Positions 1 through 9,726 are shown, counted from the first letter of the stretch. The stretch is DNA of 64,000 bases from an uncultured Candidatus Saccharibacteria bacterium (GCA_964555185.1 CAZKRD010000003.1:83943-147942), one strand, 5' to 3'. Notes: generated by a model from the letters alone, not told the origin. Program-made: numbers and translations.

Positions 1-578
1 TAAAAATTACCCGTGATCAGAGTCCAGAGCAGGAATATATACTTACTTCCAATACCCCTCTCTGGGTTCATAAGGGAGACATGGTCTCAAAAGGGGCTCA
101 ACTCACTGATGGTTATTTGGATTTGCGGAAGCTGTTTGAGATCACAAATGCTGAAACTGTGCAGAAGTATATTATCAGAGAAGTGCAACATATTTATTCT
201 ACTCAAGGCCAGGATATTAATGATAAACATATTGAGATTGTAACCCGGCAGATGTTTTCTAAAGTAAGAGTAGAGGAACTCGGTGATACCAAATTTATTC
301 GGGAGTCGGTTGTTGACAAGGTTCACTTTGAACGGACCAATAAAGAGATAGAAAAACAAGGGAAGCAAAAAGCCAAAGGAGAACATCTTCTGCTTGGTAT
401 TACCAAAGCTTCTTTAAATACAGAGAGTTTTTTATCAGCCGCTTCCTTCCAGGAAACAGCGCGGGTCCTAATTGAGGCGGCAGTTATGAACAAAGAAGAT
501 AGACTGGAAGGACTAAAAGAGAACGTGATTATTGGTCATTTGATTCCAGCCGGTACGGGTTTTAGGGGGAAGATATGA
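1..578 (+). CDS. rpoC: DNA-directed RNA polymerase subunit beta' (RpoC), C-terminal fragment; 5' end is outside the window
   Basis: The frame is open from window position 3 (KITRDQSPEQEYIL...) and continues into the listed ORF. The C-terminal ...NVIIGHLIPAGTGFRGKI is the conserved RpoC terminus (GxLIPAGTG). Confidence 0.8.
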   Translation, partial: KITRDQSPEQEYILTSNTPLWVHKGDMVSKGAQLTDGYLDLRKLFEITNAETVQKYIIREVQHIYSTQGQDINDKHIEIVTRQMFSKVRVEELGDTKFIRESVVDKVHFERTNKEIEKQGKQKAKGEHLLLGITKASLNTESFLSAASFQETARVLIEAAVMNKEDRLEGLKENVIIGHLIPAGTGFRGKI

Positions 579-654
579 AGATAGATACGAATTGTGCCAA
601 TCAGGATCAGGTCTTTTTAAGAATAATAAACAATAAATAAAAAATAGATATATT

Positions 655-2970
655 ATGTTGGGGGCTCTCAGATCTCGTCGGGGGAGACCGCCGGGATCTA
701 AAAATAAAAAAAGAGGTCGCCCAAGGAAAGAACAAACCGTGTTGCCCGCAATCCGTCAGAATTCAAGTGTACGTTTAAGTCCTAGGATGAGACGGGCAGT
801 GTTTTTGGTTTGTTTATTTATTGCCGGTTTGATTGGCGTTTTGAGTATTGCCAATTTAGCAGGACCGGTTGGTCAGTATTATAAATTAATTTTGATCAAT
901 CTTTTTGGTTGGGCTTACTTTTTTATCCCCTTTGTGTTATTAGGCCTTTGTTATTTCGTCTTGAGGAGCAATAGATACAAGGTGCGTGTTTTAAATTATA
1001 TTGGCTTGGTTTTATTTCTGCTGGGCTTTTTAACCCTGCTTCAACTGATTTTAGCGGCTGATCTGCGTTTCCAGGACATGAAGGGTTGTATTGGCGGCGG
1101 TTATTTAGGATTTGCAGTCGCGATGATGCTCCAGAGGGCTTTGGGCCTTTGGGGCAGTTTGGTTTTAGCTTTTGGCGTTTTTGTCTTGGGTTTTCTTCTG
1201 ATGTTTAACATTTCTCTCCAAAAGATGGCCCAGACCACCAAAAAAGGACTGGACAAGGCCTCGGATTTCCGGTCTAAGCTGAAAGATACTTCTTCTCATG
1301 ACATTAGGATTAAAGATATTGACGGCAAAGAAGAATTATTAAGCGAGAAAGGACTCCAGCGAAAGATAAGGCTTAAGAGAATTAAAGGGCGGCCCTGGAT
1401 CAGTCTGCCCAGTGACGTTGAATTGACAACCACAAGCAAAAAAAGAGCTCGCCTAGTTGATGCGGGTTGGAATTTGCCTCCCTTGTCTCTTTTAAAGGAA
1501 GCGCGAGGCAAGCCGGTCTCTGGCAATATTCGCTTACGTTCTCAAATTATTGAAAAGACTTTAGCCGATTTTGGCATTGCGGTAGAAATGGATCAGGTTA
1601 ATATCGGCCCAACCGTTACCCAATATACCCTAAAACCTGCTACCGGCGTTAAATTGCGGCAGATTACCACGCTCCAAAATGATCTTGCCATGGCTTTGGC
1701 TGCTCACCCGATTCGGATTGAGGCCCCAATCCCAGGCAAGTCTTTGGTCGGCATTGAAATTCCCAACCAGGAGGTTGCTTTGGTCCGTCTCAAAGAAATA
1801 TTGGTTTCTAATCCGTTTCAGCAAATCAACTCCGATTTAAGAATCTGTTTGGGCAAGGATGTGGCCGGCCATTCGGTGGCGGCTGATTTGGAGAGGATGC
1901 CCCATCTTCTGATTAGCGGGGCGACAGGCTCGGGCAAGTCAGTATGTCTTAATAGCATTATTTTAAGTCTCCTTTATCAACGTTCGCCGCGCGAGCTTAA
2001 ATTTATTTTGGTTGATCCCAAACGGGTGGAGATGACGAATTATAACAAGCTCCCCCATCTTTTAACACCAGTGGTCACGGAACCGAAAAAGACAGTCAAT
2101 GCTTTGAAATGGGCAGTTAAGGAAATGGATAGGCGGTTTCAGATTCTATCTGAATCGGGTAAAAGAAATATAGGGGATTTCAATACCAAGTGTGATCTGC
2201 CAGAAAGATTACCCTATATTGTAATCATTATTGATGAATTGGCAGATTTAATGGCGGTAGCGGCCCGCGATGTGGAAGCGGCGATTGTCAGGCTTGCCCA
2301 AATGGCGCGAGCAACCGGTATTCATTTGGTGGTAGCGACTCAACGGCCATCAGTTGATGTGATTACGGGATTAATTAAAGCGAATATCACCGCCCGGGTC
2401 GCTTTTAATGTCGCAAGCCAGATTGATTCACGGACAATTCTTGATATCGCCGGCGCGGAAAAACTTTTGGGCAACGGCGATATGTTGTATATTTCCTCAT
2501 CAGAATCAAAGCCCAAGAGAATCCAAGGAGCTCTGGTTTCAGATTCTGAAATTGAGGCAGTAGTGAAATTTTCAGGGCAACAGGAAAAGCCCGAGTTTAA
2601 TAGCGAGGTTACAGAAAAGCAGGGGCGACTCACTTTTGGCGGTTTGCCTGTAGGAAAAGTAAGGGGTGAGGTTGACGATGAATTGTTTGAGGAGGCGCGG
2701 GAGCTTGTCATTAATGCGGGCAAGGCTTCGGCTTCGCTTTTGCAGAGACGTTTAAAAATTGGTTATGCGCGGGCAGCGCGTCTCTTAGATTACTTAGAAG
2801 AGCAAGGTATTGTTGGGCCCTCTGACGGCGCTAAGCCGCGAGAGATTTTGGTTAAGGGATTAGAGGCCCAAAGCGGAATAGTAGAGAGTAGAGGAGAGCG
2901 GCAGGGTTTGAGAGAGGATTTAGAAAAGATCAGAACTATTGAGGAGCAGGAGAAGAATAATCAGTATTAG
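655..2970 (+). CDS. ftsK: DNA translocase FtsK/SpoIIIE with an N-terminal AT-hook-like basic tail and TM segments
   Basis: Walker A GATGSGKSVCLN and a Walker B IIDELADLM are present. The C-terminal gamma winged-helix domain reads LLQRRLKIGYARAARLLDYLEEQGIVGP. There are four or more N-terminal hydrophobic helices. The N-terminus carries RRGRPPGSKNKKRGRPRK. Confidence 0.9.
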   Translation: MLGALRSRRGRPPGSKNKKRGRPRKEQTVLPAIRQNSSVRLSPRMRRAVFLVCLFIAGLIGVLSIANLAGPVGQYYKLILINLFGWAYFFIPFVLLGLCYFVLRSNRYKVRVLNYIGLVLFLLGFLTLLQLILAADLRFQDMKGCIGGGYLGFAVAMMLQRALGLWGSLVLAFGVFVLGFLLMFNISLQKMAQTTKKGLDKASDFRSKLKDTSSHDIRIKDIDGKEELLSEKGLQRKIRLKRIKGRPWISLPSDVELTTTSKKRARLVDAGWNLPPLSLLKEARGKPVSGNIRLRSQIIEKTLADFGIAVEMDQVNIGPTVTQYTLKPATGVKLRQITTLQNDLAMALAAHPIRIEAPIPGKSLVGIEIPNQEVALVRLKEILVSNPFQQINSDLRICLGKDVAGHSVAADLERMPHLLISGATGSGKSVCLNSIILSLLYQRSPRELKFILVDPKRVEMTNYNKLPHLLTPVVTEPKKTVNALKWAVKEMDRRFQILSESGKRNIGDFNTKCDLPERLPYIVIIIDELADLMAVAARDVEAAIVRLAQMARATGIHLVVATQRPSVDVITGLIKANITARVAFNVASQIDSRTILDIAGAEKLLGNGDMLYISSSESKPKRIQGALVSDSEIEAVVKFSGQQEKPEFNSEVTEKQGRLTFGGLPVGKVRGEVDDELFEEARELVINAGKASASLLQRRLKIGYARAARLLDYLEEQGIVGPSDGAKPREILVKGLEAQSGIVESRGERQGLREDLEKIRTIEEQEKNNQY

Positions 2971-3109
2971 AGATGTGAAGTTTTTTTGTTTCTTATTTCT
3001 TATTTTTTAATTTTTATTTATTTTTTGTTTTTTATTGAATAGTATTCCACGCTTTCTTTAAAATTTAAAAATAAGAAATAAAAAATCAATAAGAAACAAG
3101 CAAGAGGAA

Positions 3110-3147
3110 ATAAAAAATTACCCCAAATTCTTTGGGGAAATTTTTTA
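3110..3147. terminator. Bidirectional rho-independent terminator between the convergent ftsK and pyrG
   Basis: The hairpin is ccccaaattctttgggg, flanked by an A-run on the 5' side and a T-run on the 3' side. Confidence 0.55.
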
Positions 3148-3165
3148 CCTTCAGTTTTCTGTTAC

Positions 3166-4809
3166 TCATCCCAAGGAGCGTGTCTGCCGCGAATTGGCTT
3201 GTTTGATAAATTCTAAAAACAAAGGGTGAGGCCGCAGGGGGCGGGATTTAAACTCGGGATGAAACTGGGTTCCGACAAAGAAGGGATGGTCAGAAAGTTC
3301 AATGATTTCAACGAGGTTGCACTTGGGGTTGACCCCACTCACAACCAATCCTTTTTTAATAAGCCGGTCGCGGTATTTGTTGTTTAGTTCATAGCGGTGG
3401 CGGTGACGTTCGCGCACTTGCCTCTGCCTATATGCCTTTGCTGCGATGGTGTTCTTTTTCAGAAGACGGCAGGTGTAAGCGCCCAAGCGCTGGGTTTTGC
3501 CGTAACCTTTAATTTTCAAAAGGTCCTTTTGTTCTTCCATCAGGCAGATGACCGGATAGGGGGTTTTAGGGTTAATTTCCGTGGTGTGGGCATTGTTCAT
3601 TCCGGCTAGATTGCGGGCAAATTCAATCGTGGCCAGCTGCATACCATAACAAAGTCCCAAATAAGGGATTTTTTGTTCGCGAACATACTGGATCGCGAGG
3701 ATTTTTCCTCTTACTCCTCGTGATCCATACCCGCCCGGCACAATAATCCCGCCGTAGTTTTTCAATTCTTTTAGTTTTTTCTTATCTTTTTCATATTTTT
3801 CCGAGTTGATCCATTGGATATTTGGTTTGCAATCACAGGCCCAGGCAGCGTGTTTTACAGCCTCAATTACGGAAATATAGGAGTCCTTTAAGGTGAAGTC
3901 GCCGGTTTTAAAGTATTTGCCGACAATTCCGATTTTGACCTTCCCTTTGACTGTTTTGATTGTCTGAACCAATTTTTTCCAGTTGTTAAGATCCCCCTGC
4001 CTTGGTTTGAGTTTGAAGAGTTTGAGAATTTTCTTAGCGAATTTCTGTTGATTGAAGATAAGCGGCACCTCGTAGATTGAATCCAGGTCAGGGTTGGCAA
4101 TGACATGGGCTTCGGGCACGCCGCAGAAGAGTGAAATTTTACTGATCCTCTTTTTGTCTAGTGGGAGGCTGGCCCGGCCGACAATAAAATCAGGCTGAAT
4201 GCCGGCAGCGTTTAAGGTCCGGACAGAGTATTGCACCGGTTTGGTCTTCATCTCACCCACAGTCTTGGGCAGGGGAAGGTAAGAGACATGGATATGGGCG
4301 ACGTTTTCCGGATCCGCTCTTTTCATCATTCGGTTTGCCTCCAAGAAGAGTACGCCCTGGTATTCACCGACCGTGCCGCCTAATTCAATAATTACAAACT
4401 CGGCGCGCGCCCGTCTTCCCGCTTTTTTAAATCTCCTGATGATTTCTTCTGGTATATGGGGCACTACTTCCACGTCTTCGCCCTCATATTCGAGGTTCCT
4501 TTCTTTTTTAATCACGGCTTGGTAGATTTGACCTGTGGTCAAGAAATTGGAGGTATTGAGGTTAGTATCCAAGAATCTCTCATAAGAGCCGATGTCCTGA
4601 TCGGTTTCAATCCCATCTTCGGTCACAAAGACTTCGCCGTGTTCTGTGGGGCGGATTGTGCCGGCGTCAATGTTGACATACATTTCGCATTTAACATTAG
4701 TGACCCGGTAATCTTGGACCTGGAGGAGTTTGGCCACGGAAGCGGCGGTTATCCCTTTACCTAAACTTGAGATCACACCGCCAGAGATAAAGATGTATTT
4801 TGTTTTCAT
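3166..4809 (-). CDS. pyrG: CTP synthase
   Basis: The N-terminus MKTKYIFISGGVISSLGKGITAASVAKLL is the canonical PyrG start. The GLCYGMQ motif is the glutamine amidotransferase active-site Cys. Length is 547 aa. Confidence 0.95.
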   Translation of the reverse strand: MKTKYIFISGGVISSLGKGITAASVAKLLQVQDYRVTNVKCEMYVNIDAGTIRPTEHGEVFVTEDGIETDQDIGSYERFLDTNLNTSNFLTTGQIYQAVIKKERNLEYEGEDVEVVPHIPEEIIRRFKKAGRRARAEFVIIELGGTVGEYQGVLFLEANRMMKRADPENVAHIHVSYLPLPKTVGEMKTKPVQYSVRTLNAAGIQPDFIVGRASLPLDKKRISKISLFCGVPEAHVIANPDLDSIYEVPLIFNQQKFAKKILKLFKLKPRQGDLNNWKKLVQTIKTVKGKVKIGIVGKYFKTGDFTLKDSYISVIEAVKHAAWACDCKPNIQWINSEKYEKDKKKLKELKNYGGIIVPGGYGSRGVRGKILAIQYVREQKIPYLGLCYGMQLATIEFARNLAGMNNAHTTEINPKTPYPVICLMEEQKDLLKIKGYGKTQRLGAYTCRLLKKNTIAAKAYRQRQVRERHRHRYELNNKYRDRLIKKGLVVSGVNPKCNLVEIIELSDHPFFVGTQFHPEFKSRPLRPHPLFLEFIKQANSRQTRSLG

Positions 4810-5025
4810 TTTGTAAGTGATAGTTTATTTTAGGAAAAAACACAAAAACCCTTGGTTTTTTGTTCTAGGGTTTTTTTTAACTCTAATGATTAAATTCTGA
4901 TTATATTGTAACTATGCTAAATTTAAAAGTCAACCCTACTTTTTCATTTTCTATGGTTTCTTAAATAACAAATACCTGATATATTATATAAAGAGGGATG
5001 TGTGATGTAGGAATTTTAAACTTTT

Positions 5026-6042
5026 ATGCCTGACTTCAATTCCAAAAAAATAAGAGGGGAGAGCTTTGGTGAGACTTTAAGAAAGAGAAGACTGGATTTG
5101 GGCTACAGCTTGAAGCAGGTGGCAGAGGTTTTACAAATTAGAAAGAACTACCTAGAGGCTTTAGAGGGAGAGGACTTGAAGTCTCTGCCTTCGTCAGTCT
5201 ACGTCCAGGGATTCTTGAGACACTATGCGCGTTTTTTGAAATTAGATCAAGGAGCCATTCTTAAATCTTATCAGACAGAACGCACTATTTCAGATAACCT
5301 AGAGTCGAAGGCTGAATTGCCTTATCCAAACAAGGTTAAGCGGATTTCTCCTTTGGCTCTGAACCCTCGCTTGGTCAAGTTGAGCCTAATTGTTTTGGCT
5401 GTAGTGGCCTTTTTTATTTATCTTGGCTGGGAACTTTCCGGCTTTTCTGCCCCGCCTTCTCTGAAGATAATTTCGCCTCAAGACGATGAGAGAATTAATA
5501 CTGATTTTGTGATGATTGTGGGACAGACAGATGAAGGAGCAGAAGTTTTGATTAATAGTCAGCCGGTTTTCATTGATCCTAAGGGGTATTTTAGGGAGCA
5601 GATTATTTTATCCGAAGGGCTTAATACTGTCGAAGTATTGGCTAAGAACAAGCTGGGCAGAGAGCGTAGGGAAGAGAGGAAAATTTTAGTTACTTTGTCA
5701 CCCGACGTGTTTTCGGAAAGAAGTTCGGGCGCTCAAAAGAAACAAAAAGGTGAGAGCAGTGTTTTATCAGAAGAGATAGGGCTTCAAGTTGAAATTAAAA
5801 ATAGCGCAACCTGGATCTCTGTGGATACTGATGAGGTCAATGCTTTTCAGGGCACAATGCTGCCTGGAACTTCACAGGATTTTTATGCCCAGAAAAAGAT
5901 CAGTATTACTTCCGGTCAAGCAGGCAATACTTATATTATTTTTAATGGTGAAGACTTGGGTAATTTAGGAGAGCCTGGAGAGGTGGTGAGGGATGTTGAG
6001 TTTACAAGGGAGTTGGAGGTGGGAAATTTGAAGGAGGAGTGA
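5026..6042 (+). CDS. rodZ: RodZ-like cytoskeleton protein (N-terminal HTH, single TM, C-terminal DUF4115-like domain)
   Basis: The HTH reads LGETLRKRRLDLGYSLKQVAEVL...VYVQGFLRHYARFL. One TM helix is LSLIVLAVVAFFIYLGW. The C-terminal domain reads ATWISVDTDE...QAGNTYIIFNGEDLG. Confidence 0.6.
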   Translation: MPDFNSKKIRGESFGETLRKRRLDLGYSLKQVAEVLQIRKNYLEALEGEDLKSLPSSVYVQGFLRHYARFLKLDQGAILKSYQTERTISDNLESKAELPYPNKVKRISPLALNPRLVKLSLIVLAVVAFFIYLGWELSGFSAPPSLKIISPQDDERINTDFVMIVGQTDEGAEVLINSQPVFIDPKGYFREQIILSEGLNTVEVLAKNKLGRERREERKILVTLSPDVFSERSSGAQKKQKGESSVLSEEIGLQVEIKNSATWISVDTDEVNAFQGTMLPGTSQDFYAQKKISITSGQAGNTYIIFNGEDLGNLGEPGEVVRDVEFTRELEVGNLKEE

Positions 6043-6053
6043 TTTGCTGATAT

Positions 6054-6084
6054 CCTGCCTGCGCTTATGAGCTTCGGCAGGCAA
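6054..6084 (+). repeat. GC-rich palindrome (cctgcctgc...gcaggcagg family) 12 nt downstream of the rodZ stop
   Basis: The 7-bp stem tgcctgc/gcaggca is read directly. It belongs to the same motif family as the palindromes at 10798, 13864 and 25805/25836. Confidence 0.5.
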
Positions 6085-6132
6085 ACTTCAAATGATTTTA
6101 GTTTTGACGTTTGGCATTTATTTGTTTCTGGG

Positions 6133-6290
6133 TTATAAGCAAGCTTGAAATTCTTGTTCGGAAAAAGTGAAAAGGAATTTCACTTTCTCCTCACTGCGAA
6201 TTATAAGCAAGCTTGAAATTCTTGCTCGAAGAAAATGCAAGTGGTTACTTGCTTTTCTTCTCACTACGAATTATAATATTCTGATAAGTC
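6133..6290 (+). repeat. Tandem direct repeat of about 68-70 bp (2.3 copies) immediately upstream of recA
   Basis: Unit 1 (6133-6200) and unit 2 (6201-6270) both begin ttataagcaagcttgaaattcttg and both end tc(c)tcact(g/a)cgaa. A partial third unit begins at 6271. Each unit has an 8-bp palindrome CAAGCTTG and an internal hairpin of different sequence (gtgaaa-agga-tttcac versus gcaagt-ggtt-acttgc). Confidence 0.8.
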
Positions 6291-6304
6291 AATAAATAAA
6301 AAAT

Positions 6305-7339
6305 ATGACAAAAGAAATAACAGAGGATGGGAAATCTCAAGCCGTGGAGGCGGCGATCAGTCAGATCAAGGAAAGGTTTGGTGAAGGATCGATTATGCAC
6401 CTTGGCGAGGCCAAGATTATGCAGGTCGAGTCGATCCCCACTGGTTCGGTTTCTTTAGATATCGCTCTTGGTATTGGCGGGGTGCCGCGCGGGAGGGTTC
6501 TTGAGATCTTCGGACCGGAAGCTTCCGGGAAGACTACCTTGGCCCAGCACATTGTGGCCGAGATTCAAAAGCGGCGAGGGGTGGCCGCTTTTGTTGATGC
6601 CGAGCACGCTTTGGATCCTGATTATGCGAAAATAATCGGTGTTAATGTGAACCAATTGTTGATTTCTCAACCCGACACAGGCGAGCAGGCATTGGAAATT
6701 GTTGAGACCCTAGTCCGCTCTAACGCGATTGATGTGATTGTGATTGATTCAGTGGCAGCTTTAACCCCCCGGGCCGAGATTGAGGGCGAGATGGGGGATG
6801 TTCATATGGGTTTGCAGGCCAGATTGATGAGTCAGGCTCTCCGCAAACTGACTGCCGTGATTGCCAAATCCAAGACCACGGTAATTTTTTTAAACCAGAC
6901 ACGGATGAAGATTGGTGTTTTTTTTGGCAATCCAGAAACGACCCCTGGCGGCAAGGCGTTGAAATTCTATGCTTCGGTCCGGATTGAGCTGCGCAGGTCT
7001 GCCCAGATTAAACAGGGTGATAAAATAATCGGCAACCGGGTTAAGGTCAAAGTGGTGAAGAACAAAGTGGCTCCTCCTTTTCAGACCTGCGAGTTTGATA
7101 TTATGTATAACGAAGGGATTTCTTATACCGGAGATCTTTTGGATGTGGGGACGGCTTACCAGGTTGTAGACAGGAGTGGGTCTTGGTATCAATATGGAGA
7201 TCAGAAATTAGGCCAAGGTAGAGAGGTAAGCAAGCGGTATTTAAGGGAAAACCCAAAGATAGCGCGCGAGATCGAGAAGAGGATTTGGCAGAAAGTAAAA
7301 GAAGAAGGAAAAGCCAAACAAGAGAAATTTGGTAAATAA
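6305..7339 (+). CDS. recA: Recombinase RecA
   Basis: The Walker A region reads [70 protein letters not shown] at 6272-6277 lies upstream. Length is 344 aa. Confidence 0.95.
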   Translation: MTKEITEDGKSQAVEAAISQIKERFGEGSIMHLGEAKIMQVESIPTGSVSLDIALGIGGVPRGRVLEIFGPEASGKTTLAQHIVAEIQKRRGVAAFVDAEHALDPDYAKIIGVNVNQLLISQPDTGEQALEIVETLVRSNAIDVIVIDSVAALTPRAEIEGEMGDVHMGLQARLMSQALRKLTAVIAKSKTTVIFLNQTRMKIGVFFGNPETTPGGKALKFYASVRIELRRSAQIKQGDKIIGNRVKVKVVKNKVAPPFQTCEFDIMYNEGISYTGDLLDVGTAYQVVDRSGSWYQYGDQKLGQGREVSKRYLRENPKIAREIEKRIWQKVKEEGKAKQEKFGK

Positions 7340-7405
7340 AAAATAAATAACCACTTCTTCTGTCATTTATTTTAGGTTAATTAGAACAATTAGGTTAATT
7401 TTTTC

Positions 7406-7963
7406 CTATACTCTCTCTACATATTCCCCTGTTTTTGTGTTTATTTTTATCCGGTCTCCCTCTTTAATGAAAAGAGGCACTGTGACTTTCGCACCGGTTT
7501 CTAAAACAATTTGTTTACTGCCGCCTTGAGCTGTATTGCCTCGAATATTTGGTGGGGCCCTTTTAACCTCTAATGCTGTTTTGGGAGGGAGTTCAATATT
7601 GATTGGCTGATTATTGAAATTGATAATTTCAACTTCCATCCCTTCTTTCAAAAAATTTGTTTTGTTCCTCAAACTTTCTTTGTTGAAAGAGAACTGTTCA
7701 TAACTTTTTTGATCCATAAAATGGAACCTGCTTCCCTCGCAATACAAAAATTGAGCCTTTGTTTTTGGAAGCTCAATTTTTGAGAATTTATTATTCCCCT
7801 TGAAGTTCTGTTTGATCACGTTGCCGGTTGCGAGATTCTTGAGTTTTGTCTGTCGAATAGCGCCGCCGCGTCCTAGCTTTACATGGCGAGATGAAAGCAC
7901 CTGGTATGGTTCACCTTTATATTCAATTGTCGTGCCGATTTTAAGGTCGTTGATACCGAGCAT
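7406..7963 (-). CDS. efp: Elongation factor P
   Basis: The protein is 185 aa. The N-terminal KOW-like region reads NDLKIGTTIEYKGEPYQVLSSRHVKLGRGGAIRQTKLKNLATGNV and resembles EF-P. Confidence 0.85.
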   Translation of the reverse strand: MLGINDLKIGTTIEYKGEPYQVLSSRHVKLGRGGAIRQTKLKNLATGNVIKQNFKGNNKFSKIELPKTKAQFLYCEGSRFHFMDQKSYEQFSFNKESLRNKTNFLKEGMEVEIINFNNQPINIELPPKTALEVKRAPPNIRGNTAQGGSKQIVLETGAKVTVPLFIKEGDRIKINTKTGEYVERV

Positions 7964-7966
7964 TGT

Positions 7967-8197
7967 TTAACGTAAAGTAAATGGAAGGAGGGCGATAAAG
8001 CGGGCTTGTTTTACCGCTTTTTCTAATTGGCGCTGATGAGCAGAACAGGTGCCGGTTCGTTTTTTGGCCCTGATTTTGGCGTAGCTAGAAAGACACCCCT
8101 TGAGCAATTCAGGATTTTTGTAATTGATTATTTTATTAGGGTCAACGCAAAAGCGGCAGTATTTTTTGGGAGGCACGGATTTTAGTTCAAAGTTCAA
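7967..8197 (-). CDS. rpsR: 30S ribosomal protein S18
   Basis: The 76-aa protein has YCRFC...INYKNPELL...RAKKRTG.C...QRQLEKAVKQARFIALLP, the S18 signature. It sits in the conserved rpsF-ssb-rpsR arrangement. Confidence 0.9.
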   Translation of the reverse strand: MNFELKSVPPKKYCRFCVDPNKIINYKNPELLKGCLSSYAKIRAKKRTGTCSAHQRQLEKAVKQARFIALLPFTLR

Positions 8198-8228
8198 AAT
8201 TAAAAATTCAAAGTGACAAATTTCAATT

Positions 8229-8277
8229 TGTCATTGCGAGGAGCCCGTCCGAAGGACGAGGCGACGAAGCAATCTCA
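8229..8277 (+). repeat. MITE-like palindromic dispersed element, copy A (tgtcattgcgagg-N-cgaagcaatctcat)
   Basis: It lies in the rpsR-ssb spacer. The same arms recur at 41892-41943, 41968-42014 and 43632-43674. The inner hairpin is CGTCC-gaa-GGACG. Confidence 0.75.
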
Positions 8278-8318
8278 TACAGAGCAGTATAGATGACAGC
8301 TCGCGCTGTCACTTTTAA

Positions 8319-8912
8319 CTAGAACGGAATATCCTCAATACTAATCCCTTCGTTTTCTGTTTGTTCTCCCGAGGAAGCGGGGGCTGGTTTTTTTTTGTCT
8401 TCTTCTGGTTTGGTTTCTGCCTTGGTATCCACTGGCTCAACATTAATCGTGGGAATTTCTTCGGGAGGGCCTTGGGTCTTGAGTATAGCCTCTGCTGTCG
8501 GGGTTTGAGCTGGCTGGATTGGCGCGGTGGTCGGTCCCAGGTTTTTTCTGGATTCAGCCATTGCTTCGGGAGGCCTGCCGCCTGGAGGGGAGCCGAGCAT
8601 AATCAGATCGCGAGCCACGATTTCGGTGCGATAACGTTTAATCCCATCTTGGCCTTCCCAGTCCCTGGTCTGGAGTCGGCCTTCGATATAGACTTTGTTT
8701 CCTTTTTTCAAGTACTGGCCGCAGATGTCAGCGAGTTTTCTCCAGGCCACAACATTGTGGTACTCAACAGCTTCTTGTCGCTGGCCCGCCTGATCAGTCC
8801 AGATGCGATTGGTTGCCACGCCGAAGTTAGCCACGGAATCTCCGGAAGGGACATTGCGCATTTCCGGGTCGCGGGTTAGATTGCCAATAACCATTACCTT
8901 ATTTAGATCCAT
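8319..8912 (-). CDS. ssb: Single-stranded DNA-binding protein
   Basis: The OB-fold N-domain reads [10 protein letters not shown]...[33 protein letters not shown] Pro/Gly/Gln-rich linker follows. The acidic C-terminal tail is IEDIPF (the conserved DIPF tip). Confidence 0.9.
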   Translation of the reverse strand: MDLNKVMVIGNLTRDPEMRNVPSGDSVANFGVATNRIWTDQAGQRQEAVEYHNVVAWRKLADICGQYLKKGNKVYIEGRLQTRDWEGQDGIKRYRTEIVARDLIMLGSPPGGRPPEAMAESRKNLGPTTAPIQPAQTPTAEAILKTQGPPEEIPTINVEPVDTKAETKPEEDKKKPAPASSGEQTENEGISIEDIPF

Positions 8913-9061
8913 ATTTTTCCTTTTTTAAAATTATTTTATCTATCAGGGTATTATAACCTGCGGAGGTTTCTAGGGCAAGGCTTTCTGAACCTCCAATCTC
9001 CAAGCTTAAAAATCATAGTTATTCTTTGAGAATTGAAATTTAGAGTTTTATTGGTGCTTAC

Positions 9062-9110
9062 ACCTTCGTCCCGAGGGCGTTCGACTGAGCTCAGCCGAAC
9101 GCCTCAGGTC
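9062..9110. promoter_or_regulatory. GC-rich near-perfect palindrome between rpsF and ssb (possible intra-operon attenuator or processing hairpin)
   Basis: gggcgttcgactgagctcagccgaacgcc is near-palindromic around a gagctc centre. It is located 3' of rpsF and 5' of ssb on the minus strand. Confidence 0.4.
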
Positions 9111-9130
9111 GAGGGAGATTGGAAATTATT

Positions 9131-9640
9131 TCACAACACTTCCTCTTTTAAGATCTTGTCTAATTTGTCATCTAAATCTTGCAAATCTGATTTTTTTGTT
9201 TTTGTGATTTTCTTTTCAGTTTTTTCCTCTTTGATTTTACTCTCTTTTTTTTCTGGTACTGTTGCCTTTTCTTTTTTCAGGGGTTTTGCTTTTGTTGTTC
9301 TGATTTCTTTTTCCCCTTTTTCAGTTTCTTGTTTTCTGGGAGGAATAAGTTTTTTGGGCTCTGCTTGAGTAATTAAGAATCTTAATAGCTTATTTATTGA
9401 TTTAAGTTTTTGGTTCAGCTTTAAGACTTGGTTTTTTTTAAACTTAAACCAGGCTACGTGATAATAGCCTTGTCTATGGTGTTGGATCGGGTAGGAGAGC
9501 TCTCTTAACCCCCAGTATTCTTCTTTTTCAATTTCACCTCCGAGCTGTTTGATGATCTGATTGGTTTTCTTGATTTTTTCTTTTGCTTCTTTTTCTGATA
9601 TTTTTGGAGAAAAAAGATACATCACTTCATAGTTTGGCAT
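9131..9640 (-). CDS. rpsF: 30S ribosomal protein S6 with a long K/E-rich C-terminal extension
   Basis: The N-terminus MPNYEVMYLFSPKISEKEAKEKI...QLGGEIEKEEYWGLRELSYPIQHHRQGYY matches the S6 fold. The extension runs about 70 aa. Confidence 0.85.
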   Translation of the reverse strand: MPNYEVMYLFSPKISEKEAKEKIKKTNQIIKQLGGEIEKEEYWGLRELSYPIQHHRQGYYHVAWFKFKKNQVLKLNQKLKSINKLLRFLITQAEPKKLIPPRKQETEKGEKEIRTTKAKPLKKEKATVPEKKESKIKEEKTEKKITKTKKSDLQDLDDKLDKILKEEVL

Positions 9641-9726
9641 TGCTTGTTTTTAAGGTTTAATGATTTTACTATTTATATACTAACAAAGGCAGGGCGTAAA
9701 GGCAAGGTTAGTTTTTAGAGAGAAGT

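Noticed and set aside
87-386. Antisense or overlapping ORFs from the six-frame track (for example 87-386, 8361-8879, 9033-9368, 16970-17173, 53503-53715, and many 60-130-aa ORFs inside larger genes).
   Set aside because: They lie wholly inside, and antisense or out-of-frame to, strongly supported conserved genes (rpoC, ssb, rpsF, tRNA-Leu, the rSAM enzyme). They have no SD, promoter or recognisable motif. I treat them as non-coding.
6140-6160. A LexA/Cheo-type SOS box (CGAACRNRYGTTCG) in the recA upstream region at ...tgaaattcttgttcgg.
   Set aside because: Only the right half-site (GTTCG) matches. The left half matches 3 of 5 positions, and the second repeat copy has the half-site mutated. 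This is not a convincing match.
6133-6290. Tandem repeats upstream of recA as a possible mini-CRISPR array.
   Set aside because: There are only about 2.3 units of 68 bp. The variable parts are short hairpins rather than 30-40-bp spacers, and no cas genes are nearby.
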